Shown piece after piece: positions 37,530 to 50,882 of a stretch of 64,000 bases of DNA. The DNA comes from Takakia lepidozioides (Eukaryota > Plantae > Bryophyta). The position numbers and the translations under genes are program-made. The stretch's first letter is position 1; each line of letters begins with the position of its first letter. Location of the stretch: assembly GCA_030704615.1 (NCBI GenBank), contig CM060732.1, forward strand, positions 2,542,001 to 2,606,000, read 5' to 3'. The notes beneath the pieces were generated by a model. It was not told the origin of the DNA and made no database searches. It was given only the letters and a program-made list of their open reading frames with translations.

Positions 37530-38380
37530 GCTTGGCTTGCGGTCCCCATACAATGGTACGCCCATCCTTTTCGGATAGTAGAACTGTACTGCTGCCAGTA
37601 CCTCAGACTCTGGCCACAGAAAGGTCCGACATATGTCTTGCCTACCAGTAACTTGTTTTGCTCGAACTAAGATATTACTATATCGTTCACTTGTTTCCAC
37701 GTGCATGTATTTTTGTATATTGGAGGGTTCATGTTTTTCTGCTTTCCGAAAACTTGCTTTCCTCATTCGACCTCCGACAAGGAAATGCGGCGCCGCATTT
37801 CCAAGTATCGTCGTAGGTACTGGTAGAGGCGGCCTTCGCCAACACCAAACCGCTCCGAAATTTCGCACGTGCGAACCCTAATGCGGCACCTTATTTCCCA
37901 GTTCAGTTGCAAACCTTTCCCGCCGAATACCCGAAGAAGACAGAATTGTGAAGTACTGCAGACTGTATTGGTGCAGACTCCATTGGTTCAATCGCGGCAA
38001 AAGGGTCAGCTTCATTCCAATGTTAAGGCATGTAAAACCGCGGAATACTCTATACAGGCTAGTATGCGACGTCCTTTTGCAGTGGTTTACTGGATTTCCC
38101 GTTGCACGGTCACTTATTTCCATGAGCGGATCTATAAAACCATGAGCGGACTTGTTACTGACGACATATCTTCGCCGCATTACATGATCTGGAACGTCCA
38201 AAAACGGCAAGGTCAAATAAAAAACTATTATTTTAATACTTGTTTAATCTGCCGCATTTCCAAATTTGGAGGAGTCCGCTCATGAAATCCGCGTATCTTA
38301 GACTTCGGCTCACCGCTCATGCGGCTCATGCGGCTCATGGCTCATGGCTCATGGTTTCTGCTCATGAAATAGTAAACCTC

Positions 38381-41300
38381 AGACTTCGGCCATATGTCGG
38401 GTAAAATGTTCTTTGTGTGGGACGGGAATCACCGACTTCTTGCCTGGTGGGAGTACATCAAGCAGAACCATTCCAAGCACATTGGCTGGCATTACATGGT
38501 GGAGTGTGTCATCTTGAAGGTGAAGGCGGCAGACTCCTCCCTGCTCAAGAATGCCATGGCGGACCTCAACTCGTAAGATACTCATACCCTCCCTAGCACG
38601 TTCGAAATGCGGTGCCGCATTTCGGTTTCCATTCTGGTTTGTTTCCGTGCTTCTGTGTACTGAACTGGAGAGTGTGCCTTGCAAGGTCACTGAGAATGCG
38701 TACGTGCATACCCACATGGCACATATGCTGTACAGGGTGAGGAAAACTGGTCTCACTGATCCGCAGATGTTTGCGGAAATGCTGGAGCCCGAGCTCATTC
38801 AGAAAGCCGTTGCAAAAACAGACCGGACATGGTATCGTCTCACTATGGATGGAATGGTGGAGGTGATATACGAAGTAAGTCGTCCTCCAATTTCCCTCTG
38901 CTCATCCTTCCCCAATTTCCAGTAATCTTTCCACATGAATCGAATGTAACGCTTCTGCATGTTTTTGTTGACAGTCAAACATCAAGCTGGATTTGGCCCA
39001 TGCCAAACGCTTCTTCATGCAAAGTGAGGGGCAGGTCAAAACGTTGCAGTCATTGACTGAGCACTTGAAGGAAGCCGGTGTCAAGTCCAGAACCAAATAC
39101 AAGTCAAAGCTTGTGAAGCTGGTGGCAATTGCAGTTCCGACACTTGGAAAGGACTTCATCCCCGAGATTGCAAAACACTATTCTCGGGCCATGCAACCGA
39201 CCATGCAATTGGAGAAACTGCATCACCTCTCAACGGCATGTGTTGAGGCGAAAGAGAAGGTGAGGTTTCAATGCACTGAAGTTCCTTCTTAGCAATAGCC
39301 ACTCTCTTCCAGCTCCTGACATTGGATCGGAAATGGCAGACACGGTGGCTGTCGATCTGGAATGCATCCGAGAGCATAAGGACAATGTGGTCTTTTCCAC
39401 TCGAAGTTTCCGACCCTGCAGTGGATGTGTGGCTCAACCGCATGACTTGGTGGTTCCAGGTAATTCAAGGTACTTCCCCAGATTTGCTTTTCTGAAATGA
39501 ATTCCCTGAACTGCTACGTGACAATGCATTTGGGAATCGCAGGTAATGTCGAATGCGAAGGAGCAAGTCGTAATGCACACAAATTCGTTCGGCTTGTACG
39601 TCAAATGGGATGGAACACAAACATTGGAAGACTACGTGACATGTTTCAGATGTGCGTACAAGGACAACCTCTTCGCCAGAGAGCTACAGACAGCAAGAAG
39701 GAGCGTGGAGTTTACACATCAGGAGGAAGCGGGGAAAGCTGCAATGCGAATTGTTTACAGGTGAAGCACAGCTGCCCTTGTATGCAAAGCCTGGTTACGA
39801 GGTTTGTCTCGGAAATGCGGCACCGCATTCGCATTTTATGTTTTCGGTGGCACTCTGCGAGTAGGTTTGTCCAATCTTATGCTCACGCATGCTGACTGCC
39901 TTGCAGATATATAAAATACGTGCTCCTTCAGACAGGGGCCCTGGCTCAAGAGCCCCCGTTCTTCATGGCTTGGACCGTGGCGGGCCCAAGCTGTGTCTAC
40001 ACACCCGAGATGCAGAAACAATGGCATCCCGCGCATCTCGTTGGATGCCCCTGGTACCTGGATATGTCTGGCGGTATTGTTGACGAGTCTGAGAAAGATC
40101 TGCACGCCTTGGCAGAAGAGAAGAGAAAGGAAAGACGTGTCCCTGCTGGGCCAAAGTCGGCAAAGGAATCTGCTGCTCTGGAAGAATCCAGAAAGGCAGC
40201 TGAGATGGCACAAAAGACGGTGGATGCAGCTGTGCAGGCCCAACAGAAGGGGTCGAAGAAGAGGACTCGCCAGCAAGGAGCAGCTGTTGTGACACCCGCC
40301 AAAACGAAGAAGCAGAAACAGCCTGTTCAGGAAGAGGGTGAGGAAGAGGACTCCGATGGAGACTTTGCAACCAGCCCACCCCCCCAAACGCAGGCTGCCT
40401 CCCTGTGCCCACCGTTGTCACGAGAGGCACGAGAACTGGCTCGGCAAAGAAGGCACTCTTCAACCCCCCAGGGGGGCACCCTTTCGAGCCGGTGGAAATG
40501 AAGAGGCCGAAAGTGGCTCCCGAAACAGTAGTCCAGTGTGTAAATGAGAGTTTATTGGCGGCTTTGGATGGACGGGCAGCCAAGTACATGAAGACCATGG
40601 AGGGTCTGAAGGGCAGAGCACTGAAGAAGGCGACTGCCGAAGAGCCTTCTGACACCCCAGGATTTCAGAATATGGTCTCGTTCTTTGAGAGGGTGTGTGC
40701 AGACAAGGATTGTAGGAGGGGCGGAAATGCCACCGAGTGGTCTTGCGATATGATCATCTTGGATATTCCGGACGGAGAGCCTGTGGAAGGACTGCAAGCT
40801 TTGCCATCTTGGAACAGGTACTCGGAGGACTTTTGGAAGAAAGGATTCGGGCTTGCCCGCATGGTGTTGGACGACAGAGGCTATGTGGTTGTCCTGGCGA
40901 GCAGAGGAAAAAACACTCAGACAGGAATTGCGAAGTGGACCCGCAAGAGCACCGTCCCGATTCTGAAAAAGAAGTGGACGTGCATCAACACACTGGGCCT
41001 TCGGTCGGAAGGGAAGAAGGTGATTACGACACTGGCACTTGTCCATTCATTTGCTTGGGTGTTTTAAAATGCGGTGCCGCATTCGGTTTCTAATCATTCC
41101 CCCCTGTGTATGCAGACGAAGCAGTTCGATGCATACTGCTTTGTGAAGGAGAACTCCACCTTTGCTTTCCGGAAGGAGGGAGGAAAGGTTGACCCGATCT
41201 GCGATCCCCTTACGACGTTCTGTTCAACAACGTTCCCAAGGAACTTCTCCCTCATAGCCTCACTTCAACGGAACCCCTGCGGTACTCACGGACTCGGAGC

Positions 41301-42247
41301 CTTGCCTTCATTCAGACAATTATGGAGACATGCACAGACGTGGAGGGCACAGTGCTCGACCTCATCTGTGGGACAGATATGCAGAATCTTGATCTATGCT
41401 GTTCTGCAAGTTCTCGTTAGGATGTAGTTCACAACATCTGAAGCGCCATGTTGTAATGTGTGGATGGCATTGTAACAAGTGCCTCAATGTGGGCTGGGCG
41501 ATTTTCCGACTGGCACCTCTTTGCCTACGAGGAGGATTCATCCATGTGGGGATCCCATCTGGAAGGGCTGCAACGAATGTTAAGGCTCCCAACAGAGCGG
41601 AAGTCTCCTCGGATTCGTCGGAGTCCGAGGAAGACACAGTGGACATTGATGCGGAGGAGAACCCGGAATACGAGTGAGTGCAAACATTGTAAGTTTGCAA
41701 AGCCTTCTGGGTCATTTTTGTCAAACGAATTTCCGGACTGTGGTTCTCATTAGTCTCGTTGATGATTGTCATGTGCAGGATTGCAGGGTCCGGGTCGAAA
41801 CATGTAGGGCCTACACTTCTTGCCAGGAAGAATGTCCCGTTCTTTGCGAGGGCCGACTTCATGACGAGCCCGGTGAGGGACTACTCCCTTCCTAGTTATG
41901 CAGCTAAACTCGCAAATACAGCGATTAGAAGAAGTGAGAATCCCAGTAAAGTAGAGCAGATTTTGGAGAGGGCTAGGGAGGACAGAAGGATAAGGAAAGA
42001 GTTGGCAGCAGCTCAGACAGGTAGACAGGTACGAAAGTACATATGTGATTCAGCGGATGAGAGCGACGCAGACAGGGAGGAAGACGACCCAACGGAGGTG
42101 AGATGGACAGTTCCGCAAGGGGAAGATGGGATTTTCGAGAGCCTGGCCAACGAGCAGTCCGCTGGAGATGAGAAAGGCAATGAGGGGGTGGAGGCAGAGC
42201 AGGACAGTCTAGAACAGGATGAGGATTCGGATGATTTTCAAGATTAA
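38381..42247 (+). pseudogene. 5'-truncated ParB-MTase gene (copy of ~13237-17119)
   Basis: Starts inside the ParB exon immediately after a TIR. ORF 40405-41067 contains CDMIILDIPDG...FWKKGFGLARMVLDDRGYVVV. Some splice sites are mutated (e.g. GT>AT near 41377). Confidence 0.88.
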
Positions 42248-42369
42248 TAGAATTTTAATGAAGTCTCTGTAAATGTAAATTCTCTTCCAGAGTATATAAA
42301 GGAAATTCTCCCCGAGTGATTTTAACATGGCATAGTGGCCATGAGTGGCCGATTTTGAAATAAAAGAAA

Positions 42370-45300
42370 AGTCAATGAAGGGGGCTCAAACAGTGTGCGT
42401 TGCCGCACACTCTTTGAGCTTCCATTTCGGGGTGGATTCAACCTGCCAGACTGGCCCTAGGTGCACAATTTCCATATCAAAAAACAAGCAAATCAGGGGG
42501 CTCAAATAGTGTGCGTTGACGCACACTGTTTGGGCTACAAGGTAAGTGTGAATTGAACCTGACAGAGATGACCTTTGTGGTCGATTCTAAAATAAAAAAA
42601 TAATGTAAAGTGTGGGCTCAAACAATGTGCAATGCCACACACTGTTTGAGCTTCCAAAAAGGGGTGGAATGAACCTTATAGAGAGGCAACTGTGTGCACA
42701 ATTTTCACATTCAAGAAAACAATAACAAGGGGGCTCAAACAGTGTGCGTTGACGCACACTGTTTGAGCTACCGGGTTAGTGTGGATTGAACCTCACAGAG
42801 TTACCCTGTCTGGACAATTTTATTATGAAAAAAACAATGAGAAGGGGGGCTCAAACAGTGTGCGTTGGCGCACACTGTTTGAGCTACCAGGAAATTGTTC
42901 ATTGAACGTCACAGAGATACCCTGTCTAGACGATTTTATTATGAAAAAAACAATGAGAAGGGGGGCTCAAACAGTGTGCGTTGGTGCACACTATTTGCGC
43001 TTCGAATTAGGGGTGGACTGAACCAGACAGAGAGGCCCCTGTGTGCACCATTTCCACACCATAAAACAAGGCACAAGGGGGGCTCAAACAGTGTGCGTTG
43101 ACGCACGCTGTTTGAGCTTCCAATTTGGGGTGGATTGAACCTGCCAGAGTGGCCCTATGTGGCCGTTTTGAACATGAAAAAAGAAGCAAAATGGGGGGAT
43201 CAAACAGTGTGCGGTGCCGCACACTGTTTGAGCTTCCAATTCGGGGTGGATTCAACCTGCCAGAGTGGCCCTAAGTGACCGTTTTGCTCATCAAAAAACA
43301 AGCTTAATGGGGGCTCAAACAGTGTGCGGTGAGCTTCCAATTCGGGGTGGATTGAACCTGCCAAAGAGGCCCTATGTGGCCGATTTTCACATGAAAAAAA
43401 CAATGAGAAGGTGGGCTCAAACAGTGTGCGTTGACGCACACTGTTTGAGCTGCCAGGTAAGTGTGCATTGAACCTGGTAGACTGGCCCTATGTGGCCGAT
43501 TTTCACATGAAAAAAACAATGAGAAGGTGGGCTCAAACTGTGTGCGTTGACGCACACTGCTTGAGCTGCCAGGTAAGTGTGCATTGAACCCGGCAGACTG
43601 GCCCTATGTGGCTGATTTTCACATGAAAAAAATAATGACAAGGTGGGCTCAAATAGTGTGCGTTGACGCAAACTGTTTGAGCTGCCAGGTAAGTGTGCAT
43701 TGAGCCTGGCAGACTGGCCCTATGTGGCCGATTTTCACATGAAAAAAACAATGAGAAGGTGGGCTCAAACAGTGTGCGTTGACGCACACTGTTTGAGCTG
43801 CCAGGTAAGTGTGCATTGAACCTGGCAGACTGGCCCTATGTGGCCGATTTTCACAGGAAAAAAGAAATGACAAGGTGGGCTCAAACAGTGTGCGTTGACG
43901 CAAACTATTTGAGCTACCAGGTAAGTGTGCATTGAGCTTGGCAGACTGGCCCTATGTGGCCGATTTTCACATGAAAAAAACAATGACAAGGTGGGCTCAA
44001 ACAGTGTGCGTTGACACACAGCTGGGAAATTGTTAATTGAACCTCATAGAGATACCCTGTCTGGACGATCTTACTCAACTGTTGTCCCATATGCACTGCA
44101 ATGGTCCCGAAGACAAATCCAAGTGAAACTATCTAGAAATCGTACTTTACTGCGTACAGTGGTAGTGAGGGAAAGTGTTTTGCAAGAAACCCAGAAGTCC
44201 ATGAGGCGGTCGCTTGTCCAGCCCCTTGCATGCACCATGTCATCTGCATCTTCTAGTCTAAGAGGGATCTGAGGGGAGAATGCATCTTGCATAAACCATA
44301 TGTCTGTCGTTGGTCGGACAAGCGCACCACAGGCAATCCTGAAAACACGCACCACATATGCGTTTAAGGCAAATGCGTATTGTCAATGACAATGCCGGTG
44401 CAATTCGCAAGAGGATTTGAAGGTATACCATATCATTTACTGTAAAGAAGGGTGCACGTGCTCTATGCTGTTTTGATTACCAGATTGACATCTATAGCAT
44501 GTATGGAACCTGCTAGTCACCTCGCACATCCTCACTAACCCACACACTAACTGTCTATGGTGCTTTTTGGGACGGGTGCAGGTGAGGACTTCCATTTGTC
44601 TGGTAACTCTTTAACTCTTTGAGCTTGTTCAGATGCTGCTCAAGTACTTTGCAGCACGGCAGCTACACTTGGAGCGTGGCTGGCCTCATTACCTGCAACA
44701 AGATGCTACTAAACACAGATGTGTTTGTTCTTTTTCTACCTTCAATCACAAGATAGAGGCTGGCTGGTAGCTAAACTATGAAAAAAACAATGAGAAGGGG
44801 GGCTCGAACAGTGTGCGTTAGCACACACTGTTTGCGCTTCGAATTAGGGGTGGATTGAACCAGATAGAGAGGCCCTTATGTGCACCATTTCCACACCAAA
44901 AAACAAGGCACAAGGGGGACTCAAACAGTGTGCGTTGACGCACACTGTTTGAGCTTCCAATTGGAGGTGGATTTAACTTTGCCATAGTGGCCTTATGTGG
45001 CCGTTTTGAACATGAAAAAAGAAGCAAAATGGGGGGCTCAAACAATGTGCGGTGCCGCACACTGTTTGAGCTTCCAATTCGGGGTGGATTGAACCTGCCA
45101 TAGTGGCCCTATGTGGCCGTTTTGAACATGAAAAAACAAGCAAAATGGGGGGCTCAAATAGTGTGCGGTGCCGCACACTATTTGAGGTTCCAATTTGGGG
45201 TGGATTGAACCTGCCATAGTGGCCCTATGTGGCCATTTTTAACATGAAAAAACAAGCAAAATGGGGGCTCAAACAGTGTGTAGTGACACACACTGTTTGA

Positions 45301-45560
45301 GCTTCCAATTCGGGGTGGATTGAACCTGCCATAGTGGCCCTATATGGCCGTTTTGAACATGAAAAAACAAGCAAAATGGGGGGCACAAATAGTGTGCGGT
45401 GCCGCACACTGTTTGAGCTTCCAATTCGGGGTGGATCGAACCTGCCATAGTGGCCCTATCTGGCCGTTTTGCAAATCAAAAAACAAGCAAAATGGGGGGC
45501 TCAAACTGTGTGTGTTGCTGCACACTGTTTGAGCTTCCAATTCGGGGTGGATTCAACCTG
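42370..45560. repeat. ~116-bp tandem array built on the 34-bp palindrome CTCAAACAGTGTGCG-TTGA/GTGC-CGCACACTGTTTGAG; interrupted at ~44070-44775
   Basis: Exact 116-bp offsets between successive units (e.g. 43417, 43533, 43649, 43765); roughly 20 units. Confidence 0.95.
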
Positions 45561-46057
45561 CCAAAGATTTCGTGTATGGGCGGTTTTCATATCAAAATAC
45601 AAGCACAATTGGGGTTCACATCACCAATGAAGCACAAAGGTCGGTCTCAAACATTGTACCTTTTTTTGGCTGCTCCAGAAGACTCCCCAATCGCCAGAGA
45701 CCCTTTGCGCTTCGGACTGCTCTCTACGCCGAGCATGTTCTGGAGCATCTCCCCCATCCTCTTTTCCACTATCTGGTTCTTCCTGAGGCCAGCATCAATA
45801 TCATCTTTGGCGTCCGTCTCTCCCTCGGATTCAGTCTCCTCCTCACCTGTTCTTGGAAGTATGGCTGGCTGCTGTTCTTCTCCAGATTCCTGCTCTTCCA
45901 TCGCCAGACTTTCCTCTTTGCCCTCTTCTTCCTCCTTTTCCTCTTCGTCTACTCTTTCCATCCTCATTCTATATCTGGCTCTATTCCTGTCCCTAGTGCT
46001 CGTGAAGTATAACGACTTCCTTCTCTTCCTCCTCCGGTGGAAACAAGCGCTCCCCAC
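44071..46057 (-). pseudogene. Intron-containing cargo gene fragment: acidic N-terminus plus possible Ulp1-type (C48) protease N-terminal motifs
   Basis: An acidic exon lies at 45659-46050 and a candidate exon at ~44553-44692. The peptide ARGWTSDRLMDFW...VRFLDSFTWICL resembles the Ulp1 motif WLND..I.FY...FF.SFF..KL. The catalytic H/D/C residues are not seen. Confidence 0.45.
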
Positions 46058-46638
46058 GCCTCCTCTAAAGCTCTCCAGTTTGTCGTTTGCAACAAGCGAT
46101 TCTATGGCATGTAACCAAACTAAAAATTGGACATTGTTAACCGTATTTGGATGCGGGTGTCATCATTGTGTGCGAACGGAATTCATCCATTTCGGCGTCT
46201 TTGTATTATCCAAGAAATAAATTGGTGGAAAAAAAGTAGATCCGTTGCATGTACTTGTGATATATGTCAGATGTACTTCGCCGCCTGCCAATACATGGCA
46301 GCCTTCTTGCATTCTTTGAAATTCGGAAGTGCCGTAGAAATCTAATGCTAGTTCAATTTCGAGCAGTGCTTGCAGATTCGCAATAATTGTTATGCTTCAC
46401 ATATGCGTCCACGTGTGTTGTACTGCCTACCCTGCGGTTTGCATTTCGCCGTCACCGTCGCAATGTGGTCATTCGGTATAAAAGGTTGTGTCGGCAATGG
46501 TCATGTGTTGCACACGCTCATGCGAGGTGGCTCCCGGAGTGTCAGTGTTTGTGTTGTGCTCTTCTAGCACAGCACAACCTCATTAGATTTGGGGTCTTCC
46601 TCTTTACTGCTCTCCAGGGTTGTTGCCGTCTTTCCATA

Positions 46639-49600
46639 ATGGATGATTTTATGTCATGTTCAGGGTTTGTTTTTTATCAAATACAGCACGGCTTCTTGTG
46701 GTTTCTTGTCTTAGAAAACAGTTTTTCTGGTTGGTGTCTCTCAGTGTGGCTGTCTGCGAAGTTCGGTGCATGTCATTCCTATATCCTTTGCATGCATCGC
46801 GCGCAGTTTTTGGGTCAGTGCTACCCTTTTTTACCTCAGTTTGTTTGGGGTGGATCCCCTTTTGAGAATTACGGGCTATCAGTTCGGGGATTCCTCTGTG
46901 AATCGCAACTTTTCTGTCAGTGTACGAAAACATGTCCAGGGAGCGAGATAAACTCGCTCGATTTCATTCCAATGTAGGTAGTCTTCTACTGACTGCCACT
47001 GTAGATGATGATGGGTTTGTAGTTGTTCATGAGGATGAGCTGGTTACAGTGTTCCCTCTGGAATTGGGTTCTCTACTTGTTCAAAAAGAGGTGTATGACG
47101 AGGATGGGAATTTGGATTCTGGGCACTTGGAGAAACCATTGGTTGGCGAGTGTGGAAGGAAGTAGAGAGTCCTTCCAGGCACATACCGGGTCCTTGGAAA
47201 AGACAGAAGATAATCAGCAAGATCAGTAGTTACCCCTGGCACTGCAGCATCAGTCGTGCAGCAGAAGGGCACAGTTCATGTGAAACAAGAGGTGAGCACA
47301 TCCACTACATTCGTGACTCTTTCAGACTCGTCCTCGGAGGATGTTTCTGAGATTCCTCCGCCAATGCAGACTCCATTCTTGGATGATGACGAGTTGCAGG
47401 AGATAATGAGTGTCATTCTGATATTGAAAGCCCTCGCAGGGGTGCCTGGGTGCAAGAGCGAGCTGCGTTTTGTTAATTGGGAGTCCCTTCGTGTGCAGCG
47501 GGTTCAATACATGCCAGCAGAGTTTGATGGGGACATCTTGTTTGAGCTCAACCCTCCCACGTCTTCTAGTGGACTAGCTGGGCTTCTGCAGGGCATCGAT
47601 AAGAAACATGATGGACACCCTTGGTGCAGGACAAAAACGTCGAACATCCACAACGACATTGGATTGAAATTTCGAAGGTCGGTCTGCGTTGGGCATTGTA
47701 AGTGCGTGAATATTTCTTGCCCTCGCCTGAGAAACAGCGCTAAACCAAACGAAAGTGTGTGGGAAGGTGTGCCCCTGAATCCTTTCACCCCAGGGCTTGC
47801 CCCTCCCAAGACCAATACTTTTGTGTGCAGGTTCTGCAAACTTTCCCCGTCTTGTGTTTCTGTGTGCCACGCTCATATGTACCAGGTGGCACACCGATGC
47901 AAGACAATGACTCGTGCTTGCATTCATATGGGTACACACGAGCATCCTGTGTCCAAAGGAAGTTGCAGGGATAGCATGGACATCGCTAGAAATATGCTGA
48001 AGCAGGAGTTCCACAATGCCCCTTGTGCAACACCTTCTGTTATAGCGCTCGCAGCTAGCAAGGCATTCCTGGAAAAACACATACTGGGTGAAGGGGATGC
48101 GACACAACCAATGCTGGATGCAGATTCGCTTGAGGCAGTGATGGACCATTTCTCCGTGTTGAGCTCTCCCAATATTCGAAACCAGGTGAATGCACTCAGA
48201 ATGGGCACAGACACTGCTGGATTCATGGACTGTTTATAGACCTCAAACGGAGGAGTCGCTATGAATTCATTCAAAACAGTATCTTCCCTGGCCAGGGCTC
48301 GTCCAAGGTGTATTTGTTCAAGATGTCCACAGTGGGCGAAGGCGGTGGTGTGAGCATTGTCCGCCGAATGCAACCTGGAGGAGATTTGACAAAATGTTGG
48401 TTAATGTTTGATCACTGCAAACGGGTGAAGGGTTGGACAACCATGGCATGCCATGTGTACGATCCAGCGTACCAACGTGTGCTCTCCATAGCAATTTGTG
48501 ATATGCAGTCGGAGGACACTGAATCCTAGATGCTCATGTGGAATTTGCTCCTGGCCGTCATGCAGCGCAATGGAATACAGAACACAAATTTTGCGGGCTT
48601 CATGGCTGATAGTGCACAGACAAATTTCAATGCAGTGCGGCGCGTGTTTGGTTCGGGGGATCCTAAGGTCCCAATGGAAAATAGGGAGCGCACATGCCTC
48701 TTCCATTGGAGTCAATCTCTAGCATGTCATACAAAGCGCTGCATTCGCCCTGACCTTCAGTTGGAGCATAGAAGGCTCTGCCTCAAGTACAAAAATGCCA
48801 CCTCAATGGGAGAAGCTGAGAGCACTTACCAAGCAATCCGGGCTTGGTGGTTCTCCTCTGGTGCTGCTACTGGTATCCACCCGAAGGAGTTGGAGGACTG
48901 GTTGGTTTTCTGGCACTTCAGGTACAGACAGTGGGGAGCTTTCATGACGACGGTAAGCCTCTTCAATCCCAGAAACACAAATTTCATTTTGCATCATGCC
49001 TGTTCATTTGGGGTTGTTGGATTGTCAGTTGCAAAACCTCTTCCATTTCCTTTTGTTCCTCACATTTCCATGCAATGCCTCCTGCAGGACATGTCCATGG
49101 AGGACTTGGCCGACATGCCATCCTGTAATTTGGCGGAGACTGTTCACAACGCCTGGATGCAACAGTCTACCAAAGCAGGACGTGACTTGTATGTGGCCAC
49201 TGCTGATGACATGGTGCGGCACTTACCGCAATTTTTCTGATGGGACGGGGCGGAGGCAAGGGCCCTGATACAACTTTGTTGATGCTAAGGGCTGCGAGTA
49301 GGTCCGGAGACCCATCGAAGATGGCCAGAGCTCTGAACAGGTGCACTGAAGGCTCCCCTTTGCAATCTAGGCTCCCCCATTTGGAAGGCGAGGAAAGATT
49401 TGGATCATGCAAAAGGAAATTGAACACTCCTCCAGGGTCGGATGGAGATTCCCATCGGCCGGACAAGGTCAATTTCTCTGTACCAGGGGTGTCTCTAGTG
49501 CAGACTAAGTCGTGTGCCCGCCCCTTCCCAGGTGGGTCCTCCTCCAGTGGAGCAGGTGCAGATCATGCAAGCACAGTAGCAGGAATCCCATTGGAGGAGG

Positions 49601-50463
49601 TGGTGGCCATGGTGCATGAATCTGATTGCATTGATAGTGAGTGGCATATAGAACGCACCCCACCAGGATCTAGAGTGGCTTGAATGGCAATTCGGACCCC
49701 CTCTTTCAAGAAATGCAAATCAAAAATATGCAAAGGCTCCGGGGGGACTCCAGCTCCAACATTCACAGGGTTGTTCCGACCTTATCATAGTGGGGAGTCA
49801 AAGGACCACAAGTTCTGGTTCTGCCCAAACGATATGGCACTATGCGTCAAGGAAATAGTTCGTCCTTCGGTGATAATGAAGCCCCCTCCCCCCGCAATTT
49901 GGCCTGTGAAACTTGGGACGTCGCTGTCATCAACCGAGATAAGCATGCTGGAGGAGGGAGGGTTCTGTCTTGCACGGTCCCGGGTGGTGCCCTCATGCAC
50001 TGTCGGCACAGATGTGCCACATGCTCCGGCAATGCCTCCACCCGGTGCCAACTCCCACTCAACAAAAATAGATGGAAAAAGAGTGCGTCGTGAATGCAAG
50101 ATCGAATCGGCTAGAATTTTGTAGGTTCGGGTGACTCGTATCACCGAAGTCCCTGCCCCGGGGTATGGATGGATTTACACAGTGCTGTCTATCGGCTCAG
50201 TTCTTCATGGCAAAGAATATCAGGTTACCGTGGGGAATTTCCCTACGTGCACTTGTCCGGATTTTGTAACGATGCGTGAGGGCGCTCTCGGCATGAGAGG
50301 GAAGTGGGTCCCCTGCAAGCATCAATATTACATATACCTTGTAATTATGTGCTGCGACGGTAAGAGAGACCAATTTATTCACCAAGCCACACTAGGCTAC
50401 GGAGAAGTAATCACCCTTCTACAGCGGGACACCTCACGTAGGGCTCCGCCAAATTCTCTTTGA
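46639..50463 (+). pseudogene. Divergent GCM-MULE-SWIM transposase with stops and frameshifts; intron 48953-49087
   Basis: Motifs KHDGHPWCRTK..CVGHCKC..C..CRFC..HMGTHEHP, LMFDHCKR, FMADSAQTN, CLFHW, NLAETVH and PTCTCPDF..CKHQYY. Stops near 48237, 48527, 49681 and 50122. The start is approximate. Confidence 0.88.
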
Positions 50464-50882
50464 ACACATACGAGCCATGCTCGCTTCCCATGCTGGTTTC
50501 CAGGTTACCGTGTAAAGACTTTACATTTAGGACAAACACATACATTTTGTTCGCGGAACCAGGGCAAATGCACATGCCATTCATTGTAAGCGTCTATCTG
50601 TGAATTGAAATAAAGTGTGTCAATCATCCTGAGCTCAAATCTGCTATATTTTCATATTCCTCTTTTTGTGCAGGCATTGCAGACATGGTGCATGGTGGCC
50701 CTCTTTGTTTTGTCCACAGTAATAGGCCCTCTTCCTGCAATCCTCGCCTATAGGACCTGCTTCTCCAGCAGATTTGTGCCGCTCAAGCTTCCCTGAAGCA
50801 TGAGCTCAGCTCACGCTTTGCAGCTACAACGTGAGCTCAGCTCCCAGGCTCACGGGGCTGGGCTCACACCGTAGCTACGCTG

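Larger units (their letters stand above)
30161..38380 (-). mobile_element. Inverted copy of the left half of element A (equivalent to 5017-14159)
   Basis: Colinear and highly similar: TIR at 38380, transposase, shorter palindrome array, then ParB gene exons 1-4. Confidence 0.92.
42315..50882 (+). mobile_element. Element E: divergent GCM-MULE-SWIM transposon, left end truncated
   Basis: It has its own palindromic array, a divergent upstream gene and a transposase. The terminus ...ggctcacaccgtagctacgctg at 50882 has the same geometry as the A TIR and abuts PPR sequence. Confidence 0.7.
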
